This document shows, piece after piece, positions 1-11,916 of a stretch of DNA of 64,000 nt. Under the pieces are notes generated by a model. The model did not search any database. It had not been told where the DNA came from and worked only from the letters and a program-made list of their open reading frames with translations. Origin of the DNA: Ranitomeya imitator. Its lineage: Eukaryota. Where the stretch lies: NCBI RefSeq assembly GCF_032444005.1, contig NC_091282.1, positions 303,180,001 to 303,244,000 of the forward strand, written 5' to 3'. Within the stretch, counting starts at the first letter, position 1. Each line of letters opens with the position of its first letter. Both the position numbers and the translations under genes were made by a program.

Positions 1-240
1 AGGGTGACGATCGCTGAGCACAGGACACACAGGGTGACGATCGCTGAGCACAGGACACACAGGGTGACGATCGCTGAGCACAGTGCACACAGGGTGACGA
101 TCGCTGAGCACAGTGCACACAGGGTGACGATCGCTGAGCACAGTGCACACAGGGTGACGATCGCTGAGCACAGGACACACAGGGTGACGATCGCTGAGCA
201 CAGGACACACAGGGTGACGATCGCTGAGCACAGTGCACAC
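1..240. repeat. 30-bp minisatellite, 8 visible copies (two unit variants), in RAB36 intron
   Basis: AGGGTGACGATCGCTGAGCACAG(GA/TG)CACAC repeated head-to-tail from base 1. The 93-aa ORF at 4..285 is only this repeat translated. Confidence 0.95.
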
Positions 241-272
241 AGGACACACGGGCGGACGCCGCGGTTACCTAC

Positions 273-332
273 CTTGGGCATGTAGCAGATGAGCCTGTCT
301 CTGGGGACCGGGGACACCGGCTGGTTCTGCAT
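273..332 (-). CDS. RAB36: RAB36 first coding exon (MQNQPVSPVPRDRLICYMPK)
   Basis: ATG at 332-330, 20 codons, then phase-0 donor AAG|GTAGGT. The peptide resembles the RAB36 N-terminus as I recall it (PVSRDRVIASFPK). RAB36 is head-to-head with RSPH14 in human. Confidence 0.8.
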
Positions 333-415
333 GCTGGGCTGGCAGCTCCCTTCTGGCTCGGCCTCTGGGGACGCGGCGGGTTACGGTTCTGGGGTACCGG
401 ATTTGTCAGGGCAGC

Positions 416-429
416 GTTACCAAGACAAC
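416..429. promoter_or_regulatory. Second, imperfect X-box on the RAB36 side of the shared promoter
   Basis: GTTACCAAGACAAC, one mismatch to the RFX consensus. Confidence 0.4.
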
Positions 430-747
430 GGCTGGCAAGCTATGGGCGTGGTGTGAAGGTAACAGACGGCGTGGGGGAGGGACAGTAGAGTCGGTTATTG
501 GGCGGGGCTTACACACTAACTTTCTAGGACGGTTTTCCTCGGTGAGTATGACCGGACCGGCTGCCTCCTGTTTTATACACGTGCCGGTAAAAGTGCCAGA
601 CGTGTACAAGCACCGGGCGGTCCCATCACTGCGGTAATGAGAGAGGCGCATTTTCCTGTTTGCGCTTATTGCGTAGCTAGCAGAAGAGAATGCTCTACGC
701 TTACGTAAAGTAGTATTCTACACCGCGCACGCCGCGTTCGGCCCCTG

Positions 748-760
748 GTTGCCTGGTAAC
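748..760. promoter_or_regulatory. RFX X-box in the bidirectional RAB36/RSPH14 promoter
   Basis: GTTGCCTGGTAAC fits GTNRCC-N(0-3)-RGYAAC. It lies in a CpG-rich spacer upstream of a motile-cilium gene. Confidence 0.7.
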
Positions 761-827
761 CGTAGCACGCTGTCCTGTGTCAGGCTGCGGAGTGCGGGCA
801 GGTGCTGGGGTCGGACACAGCTGACGG

Positions 828-921
828 GTGAGCCCCTAACAGAGAGACTCGTACCCCGCCGTGTGCCCCCTGCAGGACGGGCAGCGCAGTGTCACCCAGT
901 AACCCCCTGCTTTTCCCCTAG
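828..921 (+). other. RSPH14: Probable 5'UTR intron of RSPH14
   Basis: Donor-like CGG|GTGAGC at 828 and acceptor CTTTTCCCCTAG| ending at 921, 18 nt before the ATG. No transcript evidence. Confidence 0.4.
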
Positions 922-939
922 GACACAGACGACTGTACA

Positions 940-1138
940 ATGGCTGCTGCCAGGAGCTCCCCCTACCTGCCCCCTAACATCGACCCCACTAAAGCAGCTG
1001 TTGCCTTTGGAGACAGGGCATTACCCAAGCTAAACGAGGAGCTGAGGGAGCCCGCCCTACTCACCAGGCAGCGGGCACTGATGGCGGTGTGTGACCTGCT
1101 GCACGATCCGGAGAACGTCTACCAGGCCGTACAACTGG
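940..1138 (+). CDS. RSPH14: Radial spoke head 14 homolog, first coding exon (199 nt, phase-1 end)
   Basis: MAAARSSPYLPPNIDPTKAAVAFGDRALPKLNEELREPALLTRQRALMAVCDLLHDPENVYQAVQLG resembles the RSPH14/RTDR1 N-terminus (RALPKL.EEL, TRQ.ALMA.CDL.HDPE). Donor CTGG|GTACGT. Confidence 0.93.
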
Positions 1139-1597
1139 GTACGTCGCGAGCTCACGTCTTCTAGGAGTTATTTGGGTAAAATGTGTCTGGGAGACAAAAA
1201 AAAATCTAATTCCACACGATAAATCCCTGGGATCTCCTTATGGCCTAGAATGTGCGCCCCCAAGAGATCACCATTCGTGGTCCGCGAACACGCGTCCATG
1301 GAGATGAACGGGGCCATTAGAGGTCTGCAGTGATTGCAGTCACATAACCCCTGCAGGCAATCACTGGTCCCCATGGTGACGTTTGTATGTCTGACGGGAC
1401 GGCCAAAGCCGATGATTGCTGGCAGCGGTCACGTAAGCGATAAGTGGGGCATGACCTCTGCAGAAGCAGCAGGGACCCCTCATGCACTGGAGCCGAGGGG
1501 TGCAGGCCAGGGTGAGGATTTCTGGATTTTAGTTCTTACATGCTCTATTCTTTGCCAACGCTTACAAATTGATGGAAAACCTCATTTTTGCACTTAA

Positions 1598-1914
1598 AGG
1601 GACACTGTCACCTGAATTTGGAGGGAACAATCTTCAGCCATGGAGGCGGGGTTTTCGGGTGTTAGATTCACCCTTTCCTTACCCGCTGGCTGCATGCTGG
1701 CTGCAATATTGGATTGAAGTTCATTCTCTGTCCTCCATAGTACACGCCTGTGCTGTGCAAGATTGCCTTGTGCAGGCATGTACTACGGAGGACAGAGAAT
1801 GAACTTCAATCCAATATTGCAGCCAGCAGGTAAGGAAAGGGTGAATCAAACACCCGAAAACCCCGCCTCCATGGCTGAAGATTGTTCCCTCCAAATTCAG
1901 GTGACAGAGTCCCT
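1598..1914. mobile_element. T2/Kolobok-type palindromic MITE
   Basis: TTAA at 1594-1597 and 1915-1918; termini AGGGAC...GTCCCT; long inverted arms. Confidence 0.85.
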
Positions 1915-3518
1915 TTAAATCTTTTGTTTTTGTTGTTGTCTTCTTTATATTTTTTCACAATATTTTGTCATGCATTTTAGTAATCTCTTTAGCAGACTTG
2001 AACCTGTGATTGCTACCCTGCCTTTAGAATACATTGCTATCCTGTAGTATTACAATATATTGCATAATTACTGGTCTTTTATGAAAGCCAGCCACTGGCC
2101 AGACATAGGGGCCTTCAATAGGCCTCCAGGTGCCATCACAACCCATTGGCATCCCGCAAGGGTGTTGTGGGGGGTCCGATGGACATCCAAATGCTTCCCC
2201 CGTTTCTAACCTCTTAAACCCCGCTGTCGCAATTGACTAGCTCCAATCATAGTACTCCTGAACCTGCTCTATATAGTTAGTGCATCTATCTGCCGCACCT
2301 ACTTACACAGTGCATGTCGCCAAAGGTCATTGTGCTGCTGGTACTTATCAATGTGTGTCTCATTTTTCAATATAATTTACAAAAGAAGATCTTACCAAGA
2401 CATTGTAGAGCTGGCGTTATAACCTCGGGGTCGGATTCTAACTTCCTTCCACCTGACAGTGTGACAGTATGCTGTGAGCTGCCATTCATGGTGTTGTAAT
2501 GTGGAGGGCACAATGGCAGTGCCCACTCCATCACTCGCTGGCTTTTTCGTGCATGGCCATAGACTGTGATGACACCAGTGCTGTCATGTCACCACCTGCA
2601 TGCTTCAGTCTGCGTTACCTGTCACATCACACATAATGCTATTACAGAGGCAGCTCCCCTCAAAAAATAAGTTCTTATGAGACTTTGTCAATGGAGAAAT
2701 TGAAAAGGTTACAGATCTTTGTACTTTTATTGTGCAAAAGATGTTTCTCAAGTTAGAATATTAAAGGGATTGTCCTGTCTAAGAAGCAATGTCTGCAGTC
2801 ACTCCAGTGTGCCGTCAGCCTCCTCCCTGAGCCTGCACCACAGCGCTCCTAGGGGCCGGGAGGACGGTAACATTTCTTCCTCTTGTAAAGTGTGGCACCC
2901 ATGAGCGTGACATGCTGACAGCAATAACATATTCTTCACTTCAACCAAAGGGTGGCGTGGACCTAGTACATTGCAGTCAGTCTATGTGACTGTGCCATGA
3001 TTCCCGACACTCCCGGTGTGGGTGGGTGGACACGTGCCGGCATGTATACCATTGTCATACTCATACCGGCTGCTCAATTCTCTTCTATTGAGAAAAGCTT
3101 TGAGACTAGTTGGCCCGTGACAGCAAGTGTGCAAATCGCCCTATTGCACGGGGCACACTCGGGAATCGTGACGGTGTGCGCACGGCAGACTTTGCTTTTT
3201 AGACAACAATCTTTCATTTGTTCCAGAAGTTTAATATTTTGTAACTGGGAAAATAAGCTCCGGAAAACTACGAGATGTGTGTCTTTCTAGCCCCAGTATA
3301 AAGCGTAGTTTCATCTCCCATTGAAGCCATTTTAATCCTCCTCCGTCATCCACATGGAGCCGCCATTAGCTGTCACCATTGAGCCGAGGCACAAGACATT
3401 TGTTCACAGTTCCAAGCAATCTACTTCTATAGTATAGACCCTGAACCCCAGCATTGCAGTATGGTGTGCTCGCTGTACTCGGCAGGGTCTCTCCGCGCTT
3501 CCATATATTGATTTCTAT

Positions 3519-3939
3519 GGCTACTTTCACACTAGCGTTGGTACGGGGCTGTCACCATGTGTCGGCCCGACGTACCGACGCAAACTGCGAAAAAAATGAA
3601 CAACGGGGGAGCGGATGCAGTTTTACAACGCATCCACTGCCCCATTGTAATGTCCGGGGAAGAGGGGGTGGAGTTTCGGCTGCGCATGCGCGGTCAGAAA
3701 TGGCGGACACGAAGCACAAAAAAAGTTACATGCAACGTTTTTTTGTGCCGACGGTCCGCCAAAATCATGACACATCCGTCGCACGACAGATGCGACGTGT
3801 GGCCATACGTCGCAATGCATCGGCTAATGCAAGTCTATGGAAAAAAAACACATCCTGCGGGCAACTTTGCAGGATGCGTTTTTTTCTCCAAAACGACGCA
3901 TTGTGACGTCTGTCACACAACGCTAGTGTAAAAGTAGCC
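3519..3939. mobile_element. Harbinger-type (Tourist-like) MITE
   Basis: Termini GGCTACTTTCACACTAGCGTTG / CAACGCTAGTGTAAAAGTAGCC, right flank TAA, internally palindromic. Confidence 0.75.
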
Positions 3940-4126
3940 TAAGCCAGCGCCGTCCAAATACCTTCTGATACCTATGACAGGGACTTTTTATTATGTGCTA
4001 AATAGCCTTCATACTTCTCTGCTTCCATCCACTAAACCGTTATATAGGTGGGATTTATCATTCTTATTGCACCACTGTTAGCTGCGCTTTGTGTGTTTGC
4101 ATTGGTTTTCTTTTCTGGATTATTTA

Positions 4127-4896
4127 TGATGTTGAGCGATACCGTCCGATACTTGAAAGTATCGGTATCGGATAGTATCGGCCGATACCCAAAAAGTATC
4201 GGATATCGCCGATACCGATATCCGATACCAATACAAGTCAATGGGACACCAAGTATCGGAAGGTATCCTGATGGTTCCCAGGGTCTGAAGGAGAGGAAAC
4301 TCTCCTTCAGGCCCTGGGATCCATATTAATGTGTAAAATAAAGAATTAAAATAAAAATATTGATATATTCACCTCTCCGGCGGCCCCTGGACATCACCGC
4401 GGGTAACCGGCAGGCTTCTTTGTTTAAAATGCGCGCGTTTAGGACCTGAGGAATGACGTCGCAGCTTCTGATTGGTCGGCGTGGCGGTCACATGGGCGGC
4501 ACGCGACCAATCAGAAGCCGCGACGTCATTCCTCAGGTCCTAAACGCGCTCATTCTAGGAATTTAGGACCTGAGGAATGACGTCGCGGCTTCTGATTGGT
4601 CGCGTGGCGGTCACATGGGTGGCACGCGACCAATCAGAAGCCGCGACGTCATTCCTCAGGTCCTAAACGCGCGCATTTTAAACAAAGAAGCCTGCCTGTT
4701 ACCCGCGGTGATGTCCAGGGGCCGCCGGAGAGGTGAATATATCAATATTTTTTATTTTAATTCTTTATTTTACACCTCACTATGGATCCGATACCGATAC
4801 CCGATACCACAAAAGTATTGGATCTTGGTATCGGAATTCCGATACGCAAGTATCGGCCGATACCCGATACTTGCGGTATCGGAATGCTCAACACTG
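4127..4896. mobile_element. Non-autonomous hAT-like element with GATACC/GTATCGG subterminal repeats
   Basis: TGTTGAGC...GCTCAACA termini, dense GATAC/GTATC motifs at both ends, inverted internal arms at about 4330-4790. No clear target-site duplication. Confidence 0.6.
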
Positions 4897-5105
4897 TTTA
4901 TGACATGTTTGCCCCAGTATTTAGCCTTTGTGCTCCTGGTCTGTCATTTTATCAACCTTTTTTAATACCTGTAAATTATTAAAGTTGAAATACCAGTCAG
5001 GCCGGGTGCACACAATCTGGAAGTGGCAGCGCTTTGGATGCGGCACATGTCCGCTGCGTCTAAAGCGCTGCTATCTATTTAACACAGGTAAATCTGCATG
5101 TGTTC

Positions 5106-6419
5106 TGTGAGACAGTGACCGGCGTTGTTGTGAGTGACCGGTATGTGTCGCAGACTAGGAGGTTCTCTGCACTGTAAGCCTGAAATGTTGTTCTGGGACC
5201 TGTAGTTCCATGAGCTTTGTTTAGCTTGTAAGGGGCTGGGCTTACAGTTTTGATGGGTCGTTCGTGAACGATCCGGTACAAAGAGTCGACTCCGTGCTGC
5301 GAACGATGGGAGCCGGCACCCCAGTGAGAGCCACCAAATTCTCTGAATGGCTCTCACTGGGCATAAAATTCTGGTGTTCGCCGGATGTAACTCCGCCCAC
5401 CTGACACAAACTACGCCCATTTATCAATTTAATTGGCTGCCCAAGTGAGCGGAGTTTCGGCCATTGGTGAGCGGAGTTTTGGCCACATTCACGTAATTTC
5501 ACAATATGTGAACACATATTTAAACGCATATTTAATAGGGATCCATTTAGGATCCAAAAGAGCCAGCTCTTCTTGGTGAGCGGAGCCAAAAGAGCCGGAT
5601 CACCAAAAAGAGTCGGACTGCCCACCACTAGCCTACAGGGTTGGTCGGAGAGCTGGGTGGGTCTGGCCAACCACCTACCTCCCATCAAGGAGTGTGTCTC
5701 AGATGATATCGTGAGACTGTGGTGTGATCACATGGTCTCTGTGTTGGAAGGTCCTGCAAGTGGAGACTTCCTGAAGAGCACATGGTGAGGCCATGTTCCA
5801 GGATGGTCTATGTTGGAAGCTCCTGTAAGTGGAGACTTCCTAAAGAGCACATGGTGAGGCCATGTTCCAGGATGGTCTGTGTTGGAAGCTCCTGTAAGTG
5901 GAGACTTCCTGAAGAGCACATGGTGAGGCCATGTTCCAGGATGGTCTCTGTGTTGGAAGGTCCTGCAAGTGGAGACTTCCTGAATAGCACATGCTGAGAC
6001 CATATATCTGCAGAGTCTGTGATGGCTAACTGCATTGGGGAAGCTACCGACCTTCTGGGGGTCTGGAACTGTCGAGTTTAACCTGTTGAGCAAGTGATCA
6101 TCCGGGACAGTGATCCCAGTAAGGCAGCTTCCCTGGAAGCCAGGACTGACAAGGAGTCAGCGTGTGGAGTGGAGCTCCTGGAAGGTAACCTCAGACAAGG
6201 GGGTTGCAAGTAGGCAGAAAGGTGTATCTGCTACATGGACAGACTGGTGTCTTATTATGTTTCGTGGATGTAACAGTACTTACTGTACTCTATCTGATTT
6301 ATGCTGCATTTAAATAAACCGGATGGTATGATTAAGTGAGAAACCGTTTCTGGGTGCATTAATCCCGTTGCCAAGCAAGTGTTCCGTTCCCCAACACACT
6401 CAAGGAGCGCTATCTCACA
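5106..6419 (+). mobile_element. Solo LTR with internal 69-bp tandem repeat
   Basis: TGTGAGA...TCTCACA ends, 4-bp target-site duplication GTTC (5102-5105, 6420-6423), AATAAA near 6313, about 4 copies of a 69-bp unit at 5729-5995. Confidence 0.8.
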
Positions 6420-7216
6420 GTTCACTGAAACATGCGGATTCACCACGTTCAATACATTCTATAGGTGAAATTGACATGCTGCGGTCTGGAAAGATGCGCC
6501 GCATGTCCGTCTCCGTAGGTGTCTCTGGACGTAAAGTGGACTTGGCATTTCTTGAAATCCCATCCACTATGCTGTAACATCTGGAAGCTGCGGGTTGGAC
6601 GCTGCACAAGTATGCAACGTCTGGATCGTGTGTACATACCCTTACAAGGTGGCGTAAAAGCTGGAGAACAATTTCCTGCCTCAAGTGTTGAATTGATACA
6701 TTTGGCAGAAATAAATGTAACAAAGCATTTAGCGAAATCTCTCCTACAGTATTATCACTCACAGATCAATGTTGGTGATAGATATTTCCGTAGTCCACAG
6801 GCCGTCCATATCATGCCTAGCGGTGCAGAAAGTCCACGAGGGACATGCTGCCAAGTGCGCCAGTTGTTTCCACTGCCCTGAATAGTGCAGTCTGAAATGC
6901 ACATGTGCCAGGCTTCAGCTCCGCAGCTTGATGTGTATGATGCCGGACGTCATCCACATCAGCCAAAGAGGCACAGGATTGTCAGGCTCAGATTAGACGA
7001 TGATGATGGTCAGGGCCTTTAGAGGGCACACAGAACTGTCACAGAAATATGCAAAGAGGAATCCTGATAACACACTCTCAATACCTTCCGCTAACTCAAT
7101 GTGGGAGTATGATTGCCTAAAAATTATACTTAAAATACTGATATCCTTGCTTTTCACCATGTGCAAAACAGAATTGCGAATTAACTAGTAACAGCCACAT
7201 GTGATTTTTGTTTCCA

Positions 7217-7230
7217 CCACTAGGTGGCGA
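7217..7230 (+). promoter_or_regulatory. Candidate CTCF site
   Basis: CCACTAGGTGGCGA fits CCASYAGRKGGCR, in a stretch where I recognise no transposon. Motif match only. Confidence 0.4.
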
Positions 7231-7819
7231 TGTTATGTGCACATTAATTTCCTAGAGCTTTTCCTTTATTGGGGATTCACAATGAAAACTGAAAATGCTC
7301 CAAACCTTTCCGTGTTCTACCTATGACCGCTTACATTGTTACGACCACAGTGCTATAGCTTTATTAAACATTTCTTTAGCCTAAGGTGTATCTCATTGCA
7401 GTAACAGGTAACCTGACGCTTGCTTATATATTGGATATTAGTATAGAAGATAACCTCTAAATGTATCTAACACCCCAAATGGTGAGAACAGAAAACTGTA
7501 AGAAATGTGCTGTTTGTACAATGTTTTCTATCCATATGGGCTGAGAGGGATGAAGTGGCCCACAGTGCACCTTAGGAATACGGAGCTTGCACTGGCACAG
7601 GTTTAACCTTTGATAAGGTTCATCCCCACCATGTGATGCCCATTGTTAAACAACCACCGACCTGACTTCAGATACATATTGAAAAATGACTAATTTATTG
7701 CTCAGTTTGCACAGGCTGCCATTGTTTTCAGCATGGCAAGTCCTGTTTACACAGAGCGATGCACTGCCAAGAACGGTGATCTTTTGTGCAGTACAAAAGA
7801 TAATTACAACCGACAAACA

Positions 7820-8530
7820 AGCATTTTGTCCCCCTGAGTCAATACTTTGTAGGACCACCTTTCACTGCATTTACTGCATTGGGGTATGGCTCCACCAGCT
7901 TTGTACATCCAGAGGGTGAAATGTTTGCCCGCTTTTTTTTTGCCACCCAACTCTACTTCACTGACATTGGATGGAGGCGTCTGTGAACAGCAATTTCCAT
8001 GTCTCGCCACAAATTCTCAATGGGATTTAGGTCTGGACTTTGACACATGAATATGCTTTGATCCAAACTATTCCATTTTAGCTCCGACAGTATGTTTAAG
8101 GTCAATGTCCTGCAGAAAGGTAAACTTAAGCCAGTCTCAGGTTTTTTGCAGCTTCTAACAGGTTTTCCTCCAGGATTGCTCTGTATTTAGCTCCATCCAT
8201 CGTCCCATCAACTCTGACTAGCTTTCCTGCCCCTGCTGTAGAGGAGCATAACCATGGCATAATGTTGCCACCACCATGTTGGATAGTGTGGATGGTGTTT
8301 TCAGGGTTATGTGTGGTGTTTGGATGCTGCCACACATAGAGTTTTGCACTTAGCCCAAAAGGTTCTACTTTGGTCTCATCTGACCAGAGTACTTTCTTCC
8401 ATATGCTAGCTGTGTCCCCTGCATGGCTTTTTGCATACTACAAACAGGACTTCTTATGGCTTGCATTCAAAAATGGCTTCCTTCTTGTAACTTCTCCATA
8501 ACTTCCAGATTTGTGGAGTATGCAACTAAG
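7820..8530 (-). mobile_element. Decayed Tc1 transposase fragment
   Basis: ORF 8126..8335 contains HGGGNIM.W.C...G.G.LVRVDGTMDGAKYRAILEENL. Confidence 0.7.
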
Positions 8531-9783
8531 GGTTCGCTAACACTAGCGTATAGCATCAATTGATTCCCTCATGCGAGAGAATTGTATACAAATGACCCTC
8601 GGCTCAAACTCTGCTGCAATCATGAGCTGAATGGAATCCAATTCTCTTGCATGCGACAATTGGATCACAAGAGCGGACAAGATGGAGAACTTAATTTTTC
8701 CATCTTCTATATTGTGTGAGTCGACCTATTTCGGATGACATCTGAGTGCAGTCCTATGTTTCACACACACCAATAGACTTGTATGGGTGTGAGCCGAGTC
8801 TCGCAGCCACTCACAGTTAGCATGAGAAAAAAAACACTACTCTCTCGAACATTGCGATAGACTGAAGGTGACTGCTAAAGCCAACAGTGCACTTACGAAC
8901 CTATTTTGTATATCATGAAGAGCCAAAGTTTAGCTCAACTGCCTAGTGGATAGCGCTGTAAGAGGCATCGTTCATAATGTTTTACAGTGTTCTTCGCTAC
9001 CTCTAGTTGCATAGAGGTAGTGTTACCGACAGGTTTCCCTTAAAAGCAGTGGGGATAATGTACAGTGGCTTATGAAAGTATTCACCCCCTTGGATGTTTA
9101 CCTATTTTGTTACATTATAACCTGTGTGATTCATTAGCGCTAAATGGTCTAAGTTGGTGAAGTGAAGTGAGAAAAATGTCGGAATTAATTATAGGATCAA
9201 ATAACTAAAAATTGTCAGATGCATATGTACTCACCCCTTTTGCGATGAAGCCCCTTTAAAATTTCTGGTGCGAGCAATTACCTTCATAAGTCACATGCTT
9301 AGTGACAAGGCGTCCCGTTGAGTGCAATCTAAGTGTCACATGGTCTGAAAGTAGATACACACCTTTTCTGAGAGGCCACAGAGGCTGCAACACCATTGAC
9401 CCCCTTCTTGACATTTGCAGTATATATACGGCACAGCTGACAGCTGACACCCGGCACTCAGTACCAGGAGTGGTGCCCGCACCACTCCCGAAACCTTAAC
9501 CCACTAAATGCTGCGATTGATATCGATCACAGCATTTAGCAGGCATGCAGAGGGAGGGAGCTCCCTCTGCTCTCCAGTCGGCGCCCCCTTGACGTCATCG
9601 TGAGGGGCCGATCATTGCCATGCCATGGTTACCTGAGGTCAGTGTAGCCCTGACAGCTTGTAAAGCATGGGAACGCTGCTGCATTCCAATGCTTTACAAT
9701 CGATCAGCCTGCAGAAGTAAAAGTCCCACAGTGGACAAATTTAAAAAGTGAACACAAATTGTAAAATTATATAAAAAAAAATC

Positions 9784-9840
<57 letters not shown>

Positions 9841-9843
<3 letters not shown>

Positions 9844-11492
9844 TTAGGGCCAGAAATATTTGGACAGTGACACAATTTTCGCGAGTTGGGCTCTGCATGC
9901 CACCACATTGGATTTGAAATGAAACCTCTACAACAGAATTCAAGTGCAGATTGTAACGTTTAATTTGAAGGGTTGAACAAAAATATCTGATAGAAAATGT
10001 AGGAATTGTACACATTTCTTTACAAACACTCCACATTTTAGGAGGTCAAAAGTAATTGGACAAATAAACATAACCCAAACAAAATATTTTTATTTTCAAT
10101 ATTTTGTTGCAAATCCTTTGGAGGCAATCACTGCCTTAAGTCTGGAACCCATGGACATCACCAAACGCTGGGTTTCCTCCTTCTTAATGCTTTGCCAGGC
10201 CTTTACAGCCGCAGCCTTCAGGTCTTGCTTGTTTGTGGGTCTTTCCGTCTTAAGTCTGGATTTGAGCAAGTGAAATGCATGCTCAATTGGGTTTAGATCT
10301 GGAGATTGGCTTGGCCTTTGCAGAATGTTCCACTTTTTGGCACTCATGAACTCCTGGGTAGCTTTGGATGTATGCTTGGGGTCATTGTCCATCTGTACTA
10401 TGAAGCGCCGTCCAATCAACTTTGCAGCATTTGGCTGAATCTGGGCTGAAAGTATATCCCGGTACACTTCAGAATTCATCCGGCTACTCTTGTCTGCTCT
10501 TATGTCATCAATAAACACAAGTGACCCAGTGCCATTGAAAGCCATGCATGCCCATGCCATCACGTTGCCTCCACCATGTTTTACAGAGGATGTGGTGTGC
10601 CTTGGATCATGTGCCGTTCCCTTTCTTCTCCAAACTTTTTTCTTCCCATCATTCTCGTACAGGTTGATCTTTGTCTCATCTGTCCATAGAATACTTTTCC
10701 AGAACTGAGCTGGCTTCTTGAGGTGTTTTTCTGCAAATTTAACTCTGGCCTGTCTATTTTTGGTATTGATGAATGGTTTGCATCTAGATGTGAACCCTTT
10801 GTATTTACTGTCATGGAGTCTTCTCTTTACTGCTGACTTAGAGACAGATACACCTACTTCACTGAGAGTGTTCTGGACTTCAGTTGATGTTGTGAACGGG
10901 TTCTTCTTCACCAAATTAAGTATGCGGCGATCATCCACCACTGTTGTCATCCGTGGACGCCCAGGCCTTTTTGATTTCCCAAGCTCACCAGTCAATTCCT
11001 TTTTTCTCAGAATGTACCCAACTGTTGATTTTGCTACTCCAAGCATGTCTGCTATCTCTCTGATGGATTTTTTCTTTTTTTTCAGCCTCAGGATGTTCTG
11101 CTTCACCTCAATTGAGAGTTCCTTTGACCGCATGTTGTCTGCTCACAGCAACAGCTTCCAAATGCAAAACCACACACCTGGAATCCACCCCTGACCTTTT
11201 AACTACTTCATTGATTACAGGTTAACGAGGGAGACGCCTTCAGAGTTAATTGCAGCCCTTAGAGTCCATTGTCCAATTACTTTTGGTCCCTTGAAAAAGA
11301 GGACGCTATGCATTACAGAGCTATGATTCCTAAACCCTTTCTCCGATTTGGATGTGGAAACTATCATATTGCAGCTGGGAGTGTGCACTTTCAGCCCATA
11401 TTATATATATAATTGTATTTCTGAACATGTTTTTGTAAACAGCTAAAATAACAAAACTTGTGTCACTGTCCAAATATTTCTGGCCCTAACTG
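9841..11492 (-). mobile_element. Full-length Tc1 transposon inserted in a (TA)n tract
   Basis: Terminal inverted repeats CAGTTAGGGCCAGAAATATTTGGACAGTGACAC on both ends, flanked by TA repeats. Confidence 0.95.
10096..11133 (-). CDS. Tc1 DD34E transposase, 345 aa, open frame
   Basis: HTH N-terminus, GRPR, WTDETK, MDNDPKH, SPDLNPIE. The usual W of WPSQSP is replaced by R. Confidence 0.93.
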   Translation of the reverse strand: MRSKELSIEVKQNILRLKKKKKSIREIADMLGVAKSTVGYILRKKELTGELGKSKRPGRPRMTTVVDDRRILNLVKKNPFTTSTEVQNTLSEVGVSVSKSAVKRRLHDSKYKGFTSRCKPFINTKNRQARVKFAEKHLKKPAQFWKSILWTDETKINLYENDGKKKVWRRKGTAHDPRHTTSSVKHGGGNVMAWACMAFNGTGSLVFIDDIRADKSSRMNSEVYRDILSAQIQPNAAKLIGRRFIVQMDNDPKHTSKATQEFMSAKKWNILQRPSQSPDLNPIEHAFHLLKSRLKTERPTNKQDLKAAAVKAWQSIKKEETQRLVMSMGSRLKAVIASKGFATKY

Positions 11493-11516
11493 TATATATA
11501 TATATATATATATACA

Positions 11517-11874
11517 CTAGATTGTGGCCCGATTCTAACGCATCGGGTATTCTAGAATATGCATGTCCCCGTAGTATATGGACAATGATGATTCCAGAAT
11601 TCGCGGCAGACTGTGCCCGTCGCTGATTGGTCGAGGCAACCTTTATGACATCATCATCGCCATGGCAACCATTATGACATCATCGTCGCTGTGCCCGTTG
11701 CTGATTGGTCGAGGCCTGGTGGCCTCGACCAATCAGAGACGCAGGATTTCTACGTTGACACCCTGCCCGTCGCTGATTGGTCGAGGCCGCCAGGCCTCGA
11801 CCAATCAAAAACGCGGGATTTCCAGGACAGACAGACAGACGGACGGAAAAACCCTTAGACAATTATATATATAG

Positions 11875-11875
<1 letters not shown>
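11517..11875 (-). mobile_element. Non-autonomous Helitron (short)
   Basis: On the minus strand: starts TCTATATAT, ends with hairpin CCCGAT...ATCGGG then CTAG|T. No target-site duplication. Confidence 0.75.

Positions 11876-11915
<40 letters not shown>

Positions 11916-11916
<1 letters not shown>

Noticed and set aside
4999-6900. Complete Harbinger MITE around the solo LTR
   Set aside because: A left end (GGCCGGGTGCACAC) is visible but I could not identify a matching right end.
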